From a virus: a stretch of 64,000 bases of DNA. Position numbers and translations under genes: made by a program. The notes beneath the pieces are model-generated. The model did not search any database and had not been told where the DNA came from. It saw only the letters and a list, made by a program, of their open reading frames with translations. This document shows positions 8,063 through 16,741 of the stretch, piece after piece; position 1 is the stretch's first letter; every line of letters starts with the position of its first letter. The stretch lies in the IMG/VR virus record IMGVR_UViG_3300011977_000001; one strand, written 5' to 3'.

Positions 8063-8509
8063 TCAGGCTTCACCATCGATCTCTTCATCTGCCGTTTCGG
8101 CCGGCTCTGCTTCTGGCGTTGCCCCTGAATCTGATTCATTTGATACGGTTTTCTCTCCGGTCAGGACTAGCTTTTCTGCTGCCTCGTTTGAGTCCAAAAT
8201 ATCACGCATCTTATCGAGTGCACGGTCAACCATCATACTGAAGTATTCGAATGAGATGAACTTTGCTACTGCTGGAAATTTTGCCACGAACATGTCATAG
8301 ACATATCTCAGTTTCAACTGTCCGGTCTTCTCTCCGAGTTCGCCTTCAGCCTTTGTGACTGCCCACAGCAGCCATTCCTGGACCTTTGCCAACTGATTCT
8401 TTGTCGGAAGCTGAACGAACTGGATGATTGCCCAAATGACGACTCCAATCAGTGCGATTACTGCGATAATCAATGCCCAGTTCTGAATGAAAAAATTGAG
8501 TTTATCCAT
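8063..8509 (-). CDS. holin-like membrane protein (single N-terminal TM, LL-H-like)
   Basis: The protein has an N-terminal TM segment (WALIIAVIALIGVVIWAIIQF) and an acidic C-terminal tail. It sits immediately upstream of the endolysin. Confidence 0.55.
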   Translation of the reverse strand: MDKLNFFIQNWALIIAVIALIGVVIWAIIQFVQLPTKNQLAKVQEWLLWAVTKAEGELGEKTGQLKLRYVYDMFVAKFPAVAKFISFEYFSMMVDRALDKMRDILDSNEAAEKLVLTGEKTVSNESDSGATPEAEPAETADEEIDGEA

Positions 8510-8511
8510 TT

Positions 8512-8811
8512 TTATCCCTCCAAACCATCGTCTTCTTCATTTACAATTTCTTCCGGTTCTGCCGGCTTCTTTTCCTGCTTCTTTCCGTGCTTTGTCTTGA
8601 CGTTCTTTATCCAGGCCATGCAACCTCCCTCAATGCCCATAAAAGCAAAGAAGCATGTGATCAACGTTGCAGGTTCTGACCCTTTTATGAAAAATCCGAT
8701 CGTCCACACGACTGTAAACGTAAACACAGTTGAAAGGACCATGATCACTGCTGCGTTCATAAAGTCGCCAGGTTCTCTCTTCTTTCGCTTTTTCTTTCTG
8801 AAAAGTACCAT
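8512..8811 (-). CDS. holin-like protein (two TM segments, charged C-terminus)
   Basis: The TM segments are AAVIMVLSTVFTFTVVWTIGFFI and LITCFFAFMGIEGGCMAWI, followed by a K/E-rich tail. ATG 8811 lies 8 nt after GAGG, and alternative starts are at 8820 and 8760. Confidence 0.6.
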   Translation of the reverse strand: MVLFRKKKRKKREPGDFMNAAVIMVLSTVFTFTVVWTIGFFIKGSEPATLITCFFAFMGIEGGCMAWIKNVKTKHGKKQEKKPAEPEEIVNEEDDGLEG

Positions 8812-8823
8812 CCGAATCACCTC

Positions 8824-9270
8824 TTACAGGAGAAAATCATGTGTTGCTAAGCGTTTCTCATAATCTGCTGTGAGAAATGTAACCGTTGATATTGTCTGAT
8901 TATTCTTGAACTCAGGGTGTGACCGGCAGTAGTGGTTGTAAGTTGTTATGTCTGACATGCATTGATCGTATCTGTCCTTACTTGGCTTTTTGTTATTATC
9001 TACCAGCTCATCGCTGAATCTCAGAATCCGTACCCTTGCTGTTACCGCTTCTCGCTCATCTCCTTTGTCTTCCACCCGCTGTATCTTCTGGTCCACTGTG
9101 TCAAATCGCTTATGGACATCATCAAAGCGTTTGTCAATCTGATCAAATCGCTTATTGAACTCAGAATTTTGAGCTTTCTTTGCATCGTGCCTGGAAATCA
9201 GGAACTGGGCAAATCCTAAAACACCCATCCCTCCTCCAAGAAGAATCGATATTACTCCTGTCCAATCCAT
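8824..9270 (-). CDS. hypothetical membrane-anchored protein in the lysis cassette
   Basis: 148-aa ORF with an N-terminal TM segment (VISILLGGGMGVLGFAQFLI), then the repeated KRFDxxxKRFDxV coiled-coil-like motif. Confidence 0.5.
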   Translation of the reverse strand: MDWTGVISILLGGGMGVLGFAQFLISRHDAKKAQNSEFNKRFDQIDKRFDDVHKRFDTVDQKIQRVEDKGDEREAVTARVRILRFSDELVDNNKKPSKDRYDQCMSDITTYNHYCRSHPEFKNNQTISTVTFLTADYEKRLATHDFLL

Positions 9271-9325
9271 TTCTCTGTCCTTCTTTTTAATGTATTGTGA
9301 TTCTTCCCAGTTTCATCATGAGTGC

Positions 9326-10240
9326 CTATTTCTGTTGCTTCCAGCCCTGCATAATCAGTCTCTGCTGCTTGAATCTCTGAATATCATTTGCAGACATACT
9401 GCTGGCTGTGATCGTCCCGTACATAATGTCTTCCTGGTACGGTGAATGAGTCACGCCGATGCAGTGTCCTAGTTCATGCACAATAACCATGTTGATCATT
9501 TTCTGCGAATAAAGTCTCAGATAGCTGTTATTCAGCATAACCAGGAAATGTTCTGCTGTATCGTCTGTCGAATAGCTCACTGCTACCCAGCTTTTGTTTG
9601 CGTTCAGGTTATCCGCTGTCTCCTGGGAGACATATCGGTTTTGTATTGCTTTTCCGTTCGAGTAGTCTGACACCATGATGTCGGCTACTGACGGGTCTGG
9701 AGTATACACAAACGTCCGCCCGATCTTCTTATTGATAAAGTCAATCGCTTTCTTGATCTGGGCCTTGTGTATGCTCTTATAACTCCCGATAAAGCAGAGA
9801 CCATCAGGTGACTTTGGCATGAATAAAGCCCTGGTAGAAGCCCACGGAAGCGTTTGATTGCATCCAATATCCGTAATCTTGATCATGACCGTCTTGCTGG
9901 TTCTGCTGCCGGTCCGGTCTTTCACCATGCACCGATACTTCCAACCGATCTGGCGGATGTTACTTTTCCGGATATAGGTCCGTCTGGTCGCCCCCTGAAT
10001 CTTTTTCCATTTCTTGCCAGGTTTCTTCACGTACCATTGATATGTCAGCTTCTTCCCGGAGGCTTTCAGCTCAAATTCAACATTTCCTCCCAGCCTGGTT
10101 AGCTGTGTTTGAGGCTGAATCTTGATCTTTGGTTTTGCCTGGGTGATCTGTACATTCAGCAACATGTAGACTAAAAGCGCCATCATGCAGAAAGTCCACC
10201 GGGCAGTCATTTTTTGAAATTTTATTCGATCGTTTTTCAT
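9326..10240 (-). CDS. secreted Ig-like domain + metzincin-type zinc metalloprotease
   Basis: ATG 10240 has a GAGAGGGGAAAG SD. There is a signal/TM segment WTFCMMALLVYMLLNVQITQA and an Ig-like repeat (YQWY...GATRRTY...YRCMV). The extended zinc motif is HELGHCIGVTH (HExxHxxGxxH), followed by IMYG (Met-turn). Confidence 0.7.
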   Translation of the reverse strand: MKNDRIKFQKMTARWTFCMMALLVYMLLNVQITQAKPKIKIQPQTQLTRLGGNVEFELKASGKKLTYQWYVKKPGKKWKKIQGATRRTYIRKSNIRQIGWKYRCMVKDRTGSRTSKTVMIKITDIGCNQTLPWASTRALFMPKSPDGLCFIGSYKSIHKAQIKKAIDFINKKIGRTFVYTPDPSVADIMVSDYSNGKAIQNRYVSQETADNLNANKSWVAVSYSTDDTAEHFLVMLNNSYLRLYSQKMINMVIVHELGHCIGVTHSPYQEDIMYGTITASSMSANDIQRFKQQRLIMQGWKQQK

Positions 10241-10338
10241 CGCTTTCCCCTCTCGGCTCAAGCCTTCTGCTCTTGTTTCCTATTCTCAGAGCCGGGAGGA
10301 CAAAGTACAAGAATCCAGGTGCAAAAGTCTGGACACCA

Positions 10339-11469
10339 TCACGCACATAATTGATAGAGCTGATACTGGTCCAGCCCGTCTGCACTGTGTTCTTTGCAGA
10401 GTATCATTTCTTCATTGACTTTCTTTTCCAGCTGTTTTGAGTCAGTCTTTTTCAGAAGTCCAATAAAGCTCTGATACACCTGCGTACAGTATTCCAGTGT
10501 GTACATGCCATGAAGATACCCGTATCGGATACCTGCCAATGATCGTTTAATTCGAAGTGAAGTGGATTTTCTTACATTGATCTGGAACGGTCTGATCTTG
10601 AAGCCTACAAACTCACAACCCTGAGCTGCCGGCCTGATACAGGTTTTCTCATTCAGGTCGAGCTGCAGTTCTTCCCTCAGAAAATTGTCAATCAAAGTTT
10701 CCCACTGATGCAATTTCTGTTTGCTCTCACTCAGGATGATCACGTCATCCATGTATCGTTCATATAATTTGATTCTCAGCTTCCGCTTGCAATACTGATC
10801 AAGCTCATTTAGAAACAGATTTGCGAACATCTGGCTCATCAGGTTCCCAATCGGCATTCCAACTTCAGGAAGCCGGTTCTCCATCGGGACATCCTCTGGC
10901 TGCATTCCTCTCGGTAGTCCGAAACACGTGTGTTTGCAATCAATGATACTGAATAGCACACTGAGAAGTCGCTCATCCGCTATGCGCCGTCTGAGAACAG
11001 CTTTCAATATTTCATGCGGGATTCTGTAGAAATACTTGCTTATATCAAGTTTGAGATAATATAGGTTCTTACCATCACGGGTTGATTTATCAAGCCACGA
11101 TTCCAAGCGCAGGATTGCGCTTATCACGCCCCGCCCTGGAATGCAGCCGTAGGAATCATTTATGTATCCTCGCACAAATATCGGATTCAGCACTTGATAT
11201 ATCGCCCATTGAACGACTCTGTGCTTGAACGCTATCGACATGATGATTCGATATTTCGGTTCATGTATTTGAAAGATATAATATTTATCAATCTCGTATT
11301 CGCCTGAATAAATCTGGTCTCTGAGGTCAGTGACGTTAGTCCAACCATCGTAGTTGAATCTAAGAACAGGCGGTTCATATCGTCTTCCCCGTGAGGCGTT
11401 CTGCAAAGCCTCCCAAAGATTCTCTTTCGAGAATATCTGATCAAAAACGTTCTTTATCTGCTTAGACAC
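10339..11469 (-). CDS. diversity-generating retroelement (DGR) reverse transcriptase
   Basis: RT motifs are present, including YMDD (ERYMDDVII) and the DGR-typical MPIGNLMSQMFANLFLNELD. The gene is adjacent to the TR, avd and a VR-bearing target gene. Confidence 0.9.
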   Translation of the reverse strand: MSKQIKNVFDQIFSKENLWEALQNASRGRRYEPPVLRFNYDGWTNVTDLRDQIYSGEYEIDKYYIFQIHEPKYRIIMSIAFKHRVVQWAIYQVLNPIFVRGYINDSYGCIPGRGVISAILRLESWLDKSTRDGKNLYYLKLDISKYFYRIPHEILKAVLRRRIADERLLSVLFSIIDCKHTCFGLPRGMQPEDVPMENRLPEVGMPIGNLMSQMFANLFLNELDQYCKRKLRIKLYERYMDDVIILSESKQKLHQWETLIDNFLREELQLDLNEKTCIRPAAQGCEFVGFKIRPFQINVRKSTSLRIKRSLAGIRYGYLHGMYTLEYCTQVYQSFIGLLKKTDSKQLEKKVNEEMILCKEHSADGLDQYQLYQLCA

Positions 11470-11710
11470 TTAAATATTCCTATTCGTGCTTAGTGGTTCT
11501 CACCATCACTGGTTACTAACGGCTTACACGCTTGCAGCTGTTTTGTTTGTCTCCGCAGCCGCTGGGCTGTATACGCACACACAGTCCGTCATTTTTCGCA
11601 TCTTTTCAGCGTGGAAACAGACTCCTTTTCCCCCATCGCACTGAGAAAGAATCCTTAGGCTCTTAATATCTGGCTATGCATAGCGTTTCACCATACATCT
11701 TGTGTGGGGT
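11470..11710 (-). ncRNA. DGR RNA spacer region between TR and RT (expected part of the TR-containing template/primer RNA)
   Basis: This is a 241-nt ORF-free stretch directly 3' of the TR on the transcribed strand. The role is inferred from the architecture of characterised DGRs. Confidence 0.5.
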
Positions 11711-11827
11711 AAAGCCGACCGGAACCCGATGTTGCCGTTCGAGTTCGAGCGAGGGTTGTTCAAGTTGACATAGAACACACCGGCATTGCCCTCATTGTTC
11801 CAGTTGCCGCCGCAGTTAGCCACCCGC
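11711..11827 (-). repeat. DGR template repeat (TR)
   Basis: The TR is 117 bp and 106/117 identical to 12302..12418. All 11 mismatches are at plus-strand T, which is A on the transcribed strand. In frame it reads as 11 AAY codons. Confidence 0.92.
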
Positions 11828-11847
11828 AATAGCCTGTTCCCTACCGA

Positions 11848-12228
11848 TTATCCTTTTGAAGCCTTTTTCTTGCTTTCCCACTCCTCCACGATCGTCCGTC
11901 TTGCACCCACTAGTCTTCCTATTTCTGTCAAATAGTCGTTCCAGACTTCAAATGTGTGGTGTGAAAAATAATGCTCCCTGTCACATATCAGCAGATAATG
12001 TTTCAGCTTTGCATTCGCAATGTCCAGGTCTCTCAGGGTAGTCTTCTTAAAATACATTTCATCCGCTTCAACGGCTCTTTCTAGCATTGTATCCATGCAT
12101 GATCTCATATCGGATACGATCGTAAACCGTACAGATTTTGGAAATTGGTTGAATGCGTGATACGCATATCCCATCATATCCTCAATCTTCAGAAGCGTCT
12201 TTTTGTCTTCTTCATTGTTTCTTGCCAT
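11848..12228 (-). CDS. avd: DGR accessory variability determinant (Avd, four-helix-bundle type)
   Basis: 126-aa helical, basic-tailed ORF between the target gene and the TR. FPKSVRF...EIGRLVGARR parallels the Avd pattern (...EVGRILGSW... in the Bordetella phage Avd, as I recall it). Confidence 0.8.
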   Translation of the reverse strand: MARNNEEDKKTLLKIEDMMGYAYHAFNQFPKSVRFTIVSDMRSCMDTMLERAVEADEMYFKKTTLRDLDIANAKLKHYLLICDREHYFSHHTFEVWNDYLTEIGRLVGARRTIVEEWESKKKASKG

Positions 12229-12244
12229 AATCGTTTTCTATCCC

Positions 12245-12278
12245 GTGGGGCGGGGCATTCGCTATCGCTCAGCCCCAC
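12245..12278 (-). promoter_or_regulatory. GC-rich hairpin just 3' of the VR (candidate DGR homing-associated hairpin)
   Basis: GTGGGGC (12245..12251) pairs with GCCCCAC (12272..12278). An alternative register uses GGGGC/GCCCC. The hairpin lies 14-47 nt after the target gene stop. Confidence 0.4.
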
Positions 12279-12291
12279 AGGAATCAGGAGC

Positions 12292-13347
12292 TCAGGCAAT
12301 AAAAGCCGACCGGAACCCGATGCCGCCGTACGAGTTCGAGCGAGGGTCGTTCAAGTAGACAAAGAACACACCGGCAACGCCCTCACTGTTCCAGTCGCCG
12401 CCGCAGTCAGCCACCCGCTCGCCCTGGCAGTTCCAGCCATGGTAGTCCCCACCGTAATCCCCGTTAGGTTCATCCGGATATAGAATCAGCGCTTTGGCCA
12501 GCTCAGGAGCTGTAAGCCCACTTTCAATTCCCATTGCTGCGAAAGAAGACCAGTTTGTTACACTTGTATCTGGTTTTGCTGTAACGAGTGAATTTGAAGC
12601 ACCATATTTCAAGGTACCTGCTGTCCCTGGTGTAACCAGTGAACCACTCTTAGAGATTGCTTTCCAAAGCGTGGAAGAAGATCCAGTATCGCAATCAGCT
12701 CCAAGCGCAGCATTGTTATACGGGATGATCTGAATCTCGCCATCAACCAGTCTCAGTCCGGTCTGCCACTCCCAGATGTTTCCGTTCAGGTCCTGGATTC
12801 CAAATTTCGTATGATCATGTCCCCATGTAGCCGGTCCAGAGCCAGTCAGCACACGATTTATCTTATATGTATCTCCACTGCCCTCATGAGAGGCTTCCTG
12901 ACCTTTCTCATACGGGTACGCAGAATCGTGACCGAACTGGTTATTACCATGAGGCATAGTTCCCATCTGACGGGTCAGAAGAGCGATTGCAGCCCATTCA
13001 GCCTGGCTGGAAAGGTGGAATCCAGCTCCTTTGTTGTCGCAGTAAGTTTTAGCCTGATCATACGTAACATATGTAGCCGGGTCTCTCCTGGCCAGGGAAT
13101 ACGCACGTTTGTTGATTACGACATTCTGGTACTTTGAGTAGTAGAAGCAAGGCTTCTCAACTCCGCCAACCATGAATGCCGGGTGGACGTTGCTGCTTCC
13201 GCCCTTAATCAGCTCAGAATTGAGCATTTTCGGAATCGGTACATAGATTCCAGGCTTGTCCATATCGTCCATCAGGACAACATTCTCGCCCCCAGACAGT
13301 TCAGAGACTGCCGCTGCCATATTGTCATAATTTTCTTTGTAAGCCAT
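12292..13347 (-). CDS. DGR target protein: tail-fibre/receptor-binding protein with C-terminal C-type-lectin/FGE-sulfatase-like variable domain
   Basis: 351-aa ORF. The C-terminus ...CGGDWNSEGVAGVFFVYLNDPRSNSYGGIGFRSAFIA is encoded by the VR and matches the usual GG.W.N...AG.F...LN...SN....IGFR.A scaffold. It is the last gene of the tail-fibre cluster. Confidence 0.85.
   Translation of the reverse strand: MAYKENYDNMAAAVSELSGGENVVLMDDMDKPGIYVPIPKMLNSELIKGGSSNVHPAFMVGGVEKPCFYYSKYQNVVINKRAYSLARRDPATYVTYDQAKTYCDNKGAGFHLSSQAEWAAIALLTRQMGTMPHGNNQFGHDSAYPYEKGQEASHEGSGDTYKINRVLTGSGPATWGHDHTKFGIQDLNGNIWEWQTGLRLVDGEIQIIPYNNAALGADCDTGSSSTLWKAISKSGSLVTPGTAGTLKYGASNSLVTAKPDTSVTNWSSFAAMGIESGLTAPELAKALILYPDEPNGDYGGDYHGWNCQGERVADCGGDWNSEGVAGVFFVYLNDPRSNSYGGIGFRSAFIA
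12302..12418 (-). repeat. DGR variable repeat (VR)
   Basis: Counterpart of the TR at an offset of +591. Codon changes relative to the TR are AAC>GAC (x3), AAT>AGT, AAT>GTT, TAT>TTT, AAC>TAC (x2) and AAC>GGC. Confidence 0.92.
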
Positions 13348-13366
13348 CTGATTCTTTCCCTCCTAG

Positions 13367-13708
13367 TCAGATTGAGTACAGTTTCAGGGTTACGTTGTCC
13401 ATGCTGAACGGGACTGCGATTTTCTCCTGAATTACCTTCTGGGAAGTCTCGTCCTCCGGGTCATAGTCCGGGTTGTCCTTCTCAACCATGTCGTACTGTC
13501 TTGCCGGGATCTCGATCTGAGCAACGTACTCTCTCGCCAGGCCGGTGTGAAGAATGCCGTATTCATCGATACAAATATCAACTGAAATGTCGTCATCTCT
13601 TTCCAACCTTGCCAGGTTGAGTGTGAGCTCGTCATCGCCAAAAGTGATTTTGGTTTTTCTGACCTCGTAATCAATCTTTGGTCCTTCATTTACTTCGATT
13701 ACATTCAT
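13367..13708 (-). CDS. hypothetical tail-fibre-cluster protein
   Basis: 113-aa ORF between the fibre gene and the DGR target. No motif recognised. Confidence 0.5.
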   Translation of the reverse strand: MNVIEVNEGPKIDYEVRKTKITFGDDELTLNLARLERDDDISVDICIDEYGILHTGLAREYVAQIEIPARQYDMVEKDNPDYDPEDETSQKVIQEKIAVPFSMDNVTLKLYSI

Positions 13709-13728
13709 CGAATTTCCCCTTTCCGCCT

Positions 13729-13887
13729 TTATCTCTGGCTTTCGTAAACGGTATTCGTCTTCTGGGCGATCTCGTCAGCCATCTCTCTCTGGTGCTGAGT
13801 TGCCCGAGACGGGTCAATGCCGTAATTGCGCAGCTCCTGTTCCATCTGCTCTCTGCGCTCATCTGAATAAATAATTACATTAGCCAT
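13729..13887 (-). CDS. hypothetical small protein (52 aa, below track cut-off)
   Basis: My own translation gives MANVIIYSDERREQMEQELRNYGIDPSRATQHQREMADEIAQKTNTVYESQR. The ATG overlaps the upstream TGA (TGATG). Confidence 0.4.
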   Translation of the reverse strand: MANVIIYSDERREQMEQELRNYGIDPSRATQHQREMADEIAQKTNTVYESQR

Positions 13888-14357
13888 CAGGATGCGTTTC
13901 CTCCGTGAACATAGAACTTCACTGTGGCCGAGCTAGCAGAGCCTGTAAACCTTGCCTTGAATCCGTTTACCTGCTTGTCGTACACAGCGATGTCGCCGAT
14001 ATTAACGTCTGCAGACTGAATCTCGTAATCCACGATGTAATCCATGGTGTCACGCTTGTTCGTCAGAACGATCGTTGTATCGGAATTATTCTGATAGAAT
14101 CCACCGGTGTTCTTGAGCGTAACGACATGAGTCTCGCCCTTCACATCATTGATGCTTGCTTCGTGGCCGGTCATGATAGTCGTGAGGTAAGCCAGGAGTT
14201 TTGTGTTCGCATCGATTCCGGTTTCCAGGTTGTTGAAATGTTCCTGGTCCATCGGTGTGCCGGTCTGCCCAATTTCTGGGACATCATCAAGCCAGGTGGT
14301 TGGATTGTAATGTTTGTCCCAGTCATTTTCGAGATACGGCTGCTGAATAGTTTCCAT
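13887..14357 (-). CDS. tail fibre protein (XkdV-like N-terminus)
   Basis: The N-terminus W.D...IGQTGTPMDQEHFNNLETGID resembles the conserved start of PBSX-type fibre proteins. The call is also supported by position after the baseplate genes. Confidence 0.55.
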   Translation of the reverse strand: METIQQPYLENDWDKHYNPTTWLDDVPEIGQTGTPMDQEHFNNLETGIDANTKLLAYLTTIMTGHEASINDVKGETHVVTLKNTGGFYQNNSDTTIVLTNKRDTMDYIVDYEIQSADVNIGDIAVYDKQVNGFKARFTGSASSATVKFYVHGGNAS

Positions 14358-14393
14358 TCAAGTTTCCTCCTCTCGTAATTGATAGTTTGCACT

Positions 14394-14422
14394 ATGTAAA
14401 ATGCACTTCTGTGCGTCTAATA
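14394..14422 (-). promoter_or_regulatory. candidate promoter with palindromic ACGCAC-N4-GTGCAT element in the spacer
   Basis: The minus strand reads TATTAG-ACGCACAGAAGTGCATT-TACATA. The palindrome is at 14401..14416, 37+ nt upstream of the ATG at 14357. Confidence 0.4.
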
Positions 14423-14444
14423 GACATAGAAATGCTTTACACCA

Positions 14445-14753
14445 TCACTGAGTTTCCACGATCGGGAAGACGAATTTGTTGACGACTCCCTGCGTTGCTG
14501 TACGCTTTGTTGAGATAGTCTGTGAGCCTGCGACATTGCCTCCTACATCGATGATTCGGACCCCGGTGATCGTTTCTGTACCGGAACCAATCGGCGGGCA
14601 ATTAGCCACGATTTCGAGCTGTGAGCCGTTGACCTTCTTTGAGTTGATTGTCGCATCATACCATGAGCCTCCAACCTGGTATTGAAACTTCACCAGGGAA
14701 GCCAGCCAGTGCTCCCTTCTCTTCGCAAGAAAGCTGCTTGACCAGAATTCCAT
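14445..14753 (-). CDS. hypothetical tail/baseplate-associated protein
   Basis: 102-aa ORF between the XkdU-like gene and the fibre gene. Confidence 0.5.
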   Translation of the reverse strand: MEFWSSSFLAKRREHWLASLVKFQYQVGGSWYDATINSKKVNGSQLEIVANCPPIGSGTETITGVRIIDVGGNVAGSQTISTKRTATQGVVNKFVFPIVETQ

Positions 14754-14799
14754 CTGTCTTTTCCTCCTTTACTGGTAATGAGTTGATCTGTCCATTCTG

Positions 14800-15609
14800 T
14801 CACTTTGTACCACAGTTTGCTTTGCCGCATACTCTATGCTGGACCACGGCGTTCTGCACCATGAAGTCTGAATCCGCTTCAGAAGTGACCAAATTTCCAA
14901 ATGATTGTCTCCCAGGAATCGTGCCTGCTGCAAGCCCTGAAGTCAGTTCGTATGCGTATTCTGCGGCGTTTTGCTCTTTCAATATGTTTACATCACTCTC
15001 ACTGCTGCTGCCCAGAATGCTTCGCCATGGCTTTCCGCCTATGAGCTGTGTACCGCTTAGCTTGTACTCATAAATTGCTTCCTGTCTGGCTTTTGAGACT
15101 TTCACTTTTGTAGTGACCAGTCCCTCAATCTCGAAATCACAGATTGTGTGTGCCGGCTTTGCCATGTTGATGAACTTTTCCATCTCGGCCGGCAGGTCTG
15201 TATAGTCCGTATGGACCGTAAACCGATTCTTTCCAGTGTTTTCCTCGATCGTTACCTTCGTTCCACCAACTGCTGAAAGAATCATCGACACTTTGTACGG
15301 GTTAAGTGGAACTTTGAACCGGATTGCAGAGAAGATATTTTTTCGTCTCTGTTCATCTGAAAGAGTTGAGTTCGTGACGATTCCGTATTCATCTTCGTAA
15401 TACGGCAGGGACCATGTAGCCGTTGCAATCTGTGACTGAGCGTCAAAGTCGTCCCGGCAGGTATTTGCCTCGTCCAGAGCCGTTCCGATTGCCTGAAGAA
15501 GCCAAAGAAAAACTCTGGCCTCCCCGTAAATCGGACTCATGTAATCGATGATAAGCTGTGCTTCTTCTGATGTGAGGATAACCTGCATCAACCTGGTAGG
15601 ATTCAGCAT
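14800..15609 (-). CDS. baseplate/tail protein (XkdU / P2 gpI-like)
   Basis: 269-aa ORF immediately after the baseplate J-like gene. The call rests on synteny with the PBSX xkdT-xkdU pair. Confidence 0.55.
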   Translation of the reverse strand: MLNPTRLMQVILTSEEAQLIIDYMSPIYGEARVFLWLLQAIGTALDEANTCRDDFDAQSQIATATWSLPYYEDEYGIVTNSTLSDEQRRKNIFSAIRFKVPLNPYKVSMILSAVGGTKVTIEENTGKNRFTVHTDYTDLPAEMEKFINMAKPAHTICDFEIEGLVTTKVKVSKARQEAIYEYKLSGTQLIGGKPWRSILGSSSESDVNILKEQNAAEYAYELTSGLAAGTIPGRQSFGNLVTSEADSDFMVQNAVVQHRVCGKANCGTK

Positions 15610-15615
15610 TTACCA

Positions 15616-16740
15616 TCACCCCCTGGTTTCCGTAAACGTAAGGATCTCGACAATCGGTGACTCATACTTTGCGATCGGGATATTCTCGGATTTTCCGTTG
15701 ATCGTCAGCCCAGTAAAGTCGTACACACCAGAAATATCTCCCAGAATGTTTGCAACCTTCTGGTATCGGACCTCTCCGTCTGAGATTGCTGTAGGATAAT
15801 ATTGCTGCATAGCATTCGTAAACGCCTTTTCTACGTCTGTAACCGATGTACCATTGAGCTCCAGGGCCGCTGTTACGGTCAGTTTGACCGGTGTCGGAGG
15901 AACTACGTACAGATTAGCGTTGATCGGAGCAAGCCGCTCATACGGGTTGTCAGGGCGCATGATGTAGTTATAGACATTCTTGCAGAGCGTATCTGTTGCA
16001 GGGGATCCATTACCATCCGTGATAACAATCGTCACCAGGCCAGAGTCGTCAGTCGCCGGGATTATGATCGCACTTCCTACACCATCGACTTCGTTCGCCC
16101 ACCTGGTGTAATCGGAAATAGTTCCGGAGTAAGACGTTGTTCTCGACTGGTCAAAGTACAGAATACGCTCTCTGTAAGCGTCATCTTCCTCTATATCCGT
16201 TCCTCCGGTCATCGCCTCATTGTTCGTACAGGTCGTTACACCATCATCTGAATCTTCCACGATGATGATCTTCCCTGCTGTACAGTTTCCGACTGTTCCT
16301 GTCTCTGCGCACACGACATTGACTTCTACCGTTCCAGTGTCTGGAATCGTATATTCACCATCAGAAGCGTAAGAAACGCTCGGTATCGTTCCAATTCCCT
16401 CAGTCGCAAACAGGTCTCCTTCCAGGATCACCGTTCCCGGATCTCCCGTAATCGTCAGTTTCCCGCTGGCAGCAGTCGGCTGCTTTCTCGGCAGCCCCCG
16501 TGCCTCGCCATGATAGTCCAAGGCTTCTCCTTCTGCGAACTGCGGCCAAATCTGCTGAAAGAGATAATCCAAGTCGAACTGTTTCATCCGTTCCACTTCT
16601 ACTGCAGTCGGGTGCAGCAGGTCATATGCGACTGAGCCCTCTGAAACATCAATATCAATAGGCATGTCTTCAACCATGCGTTTCATAATATCGGTCTCGT
16701 CCGCATCCGTAAGCAAGTCCGGAGTTGTGTATTCTTTCAT
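15616..16740 (-). CDS. baseplate J-like protein (XkdT-like)
   Basis: 374-aa ORF. The call rests on its size and its position between the XkdS-like and XkdU-like genes. Confidence 0.65.
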   Translation of the reverse strand: MKEYTTPDLLTDADETDIMKRMVEDMPIDIDVSEGSVAYDLLHPTAVEVERMKQFDLDYLFQQIWPQFAEGEALDYHGEARGLPRKQPTAASGKLTITGDPGTVILEGDLFATEGIGTIPSVSYASDGEYTIPDTGTVEVNVVCAETGTVGNCTAGKIIIVEDSDDGVTTCTNNEAMTGGTDIEEDDAYRERILYFDQSRTTSYSGTISDYTRWANEVDGVGSAIIIPATDDSGLVTIVITDGNGSPATDTLCKNVYNYIMRPDNPYERLAPINANLYVVPPTPVKLTVTAALELNGTSVTDVEKAFTNAMQQYYPTAISDGEVRYQKVANILGDISGVYDFTGLTINGKSENIPIAKYESPIVEILTFTETRG

Positions 16741-16741
16741 A

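Noticed and set aside
10339-11469. I considered the reverse transcriptase as part of a retron or a group II intron.
   Set aside because: There is no maturase or endonuclease domain and there are no intron RNA domain V/VI-like ends. The adjacent Avd, the TR/VR pair with adenine-only differences and the IGNLxSQxFAN motif all point to a DGR.
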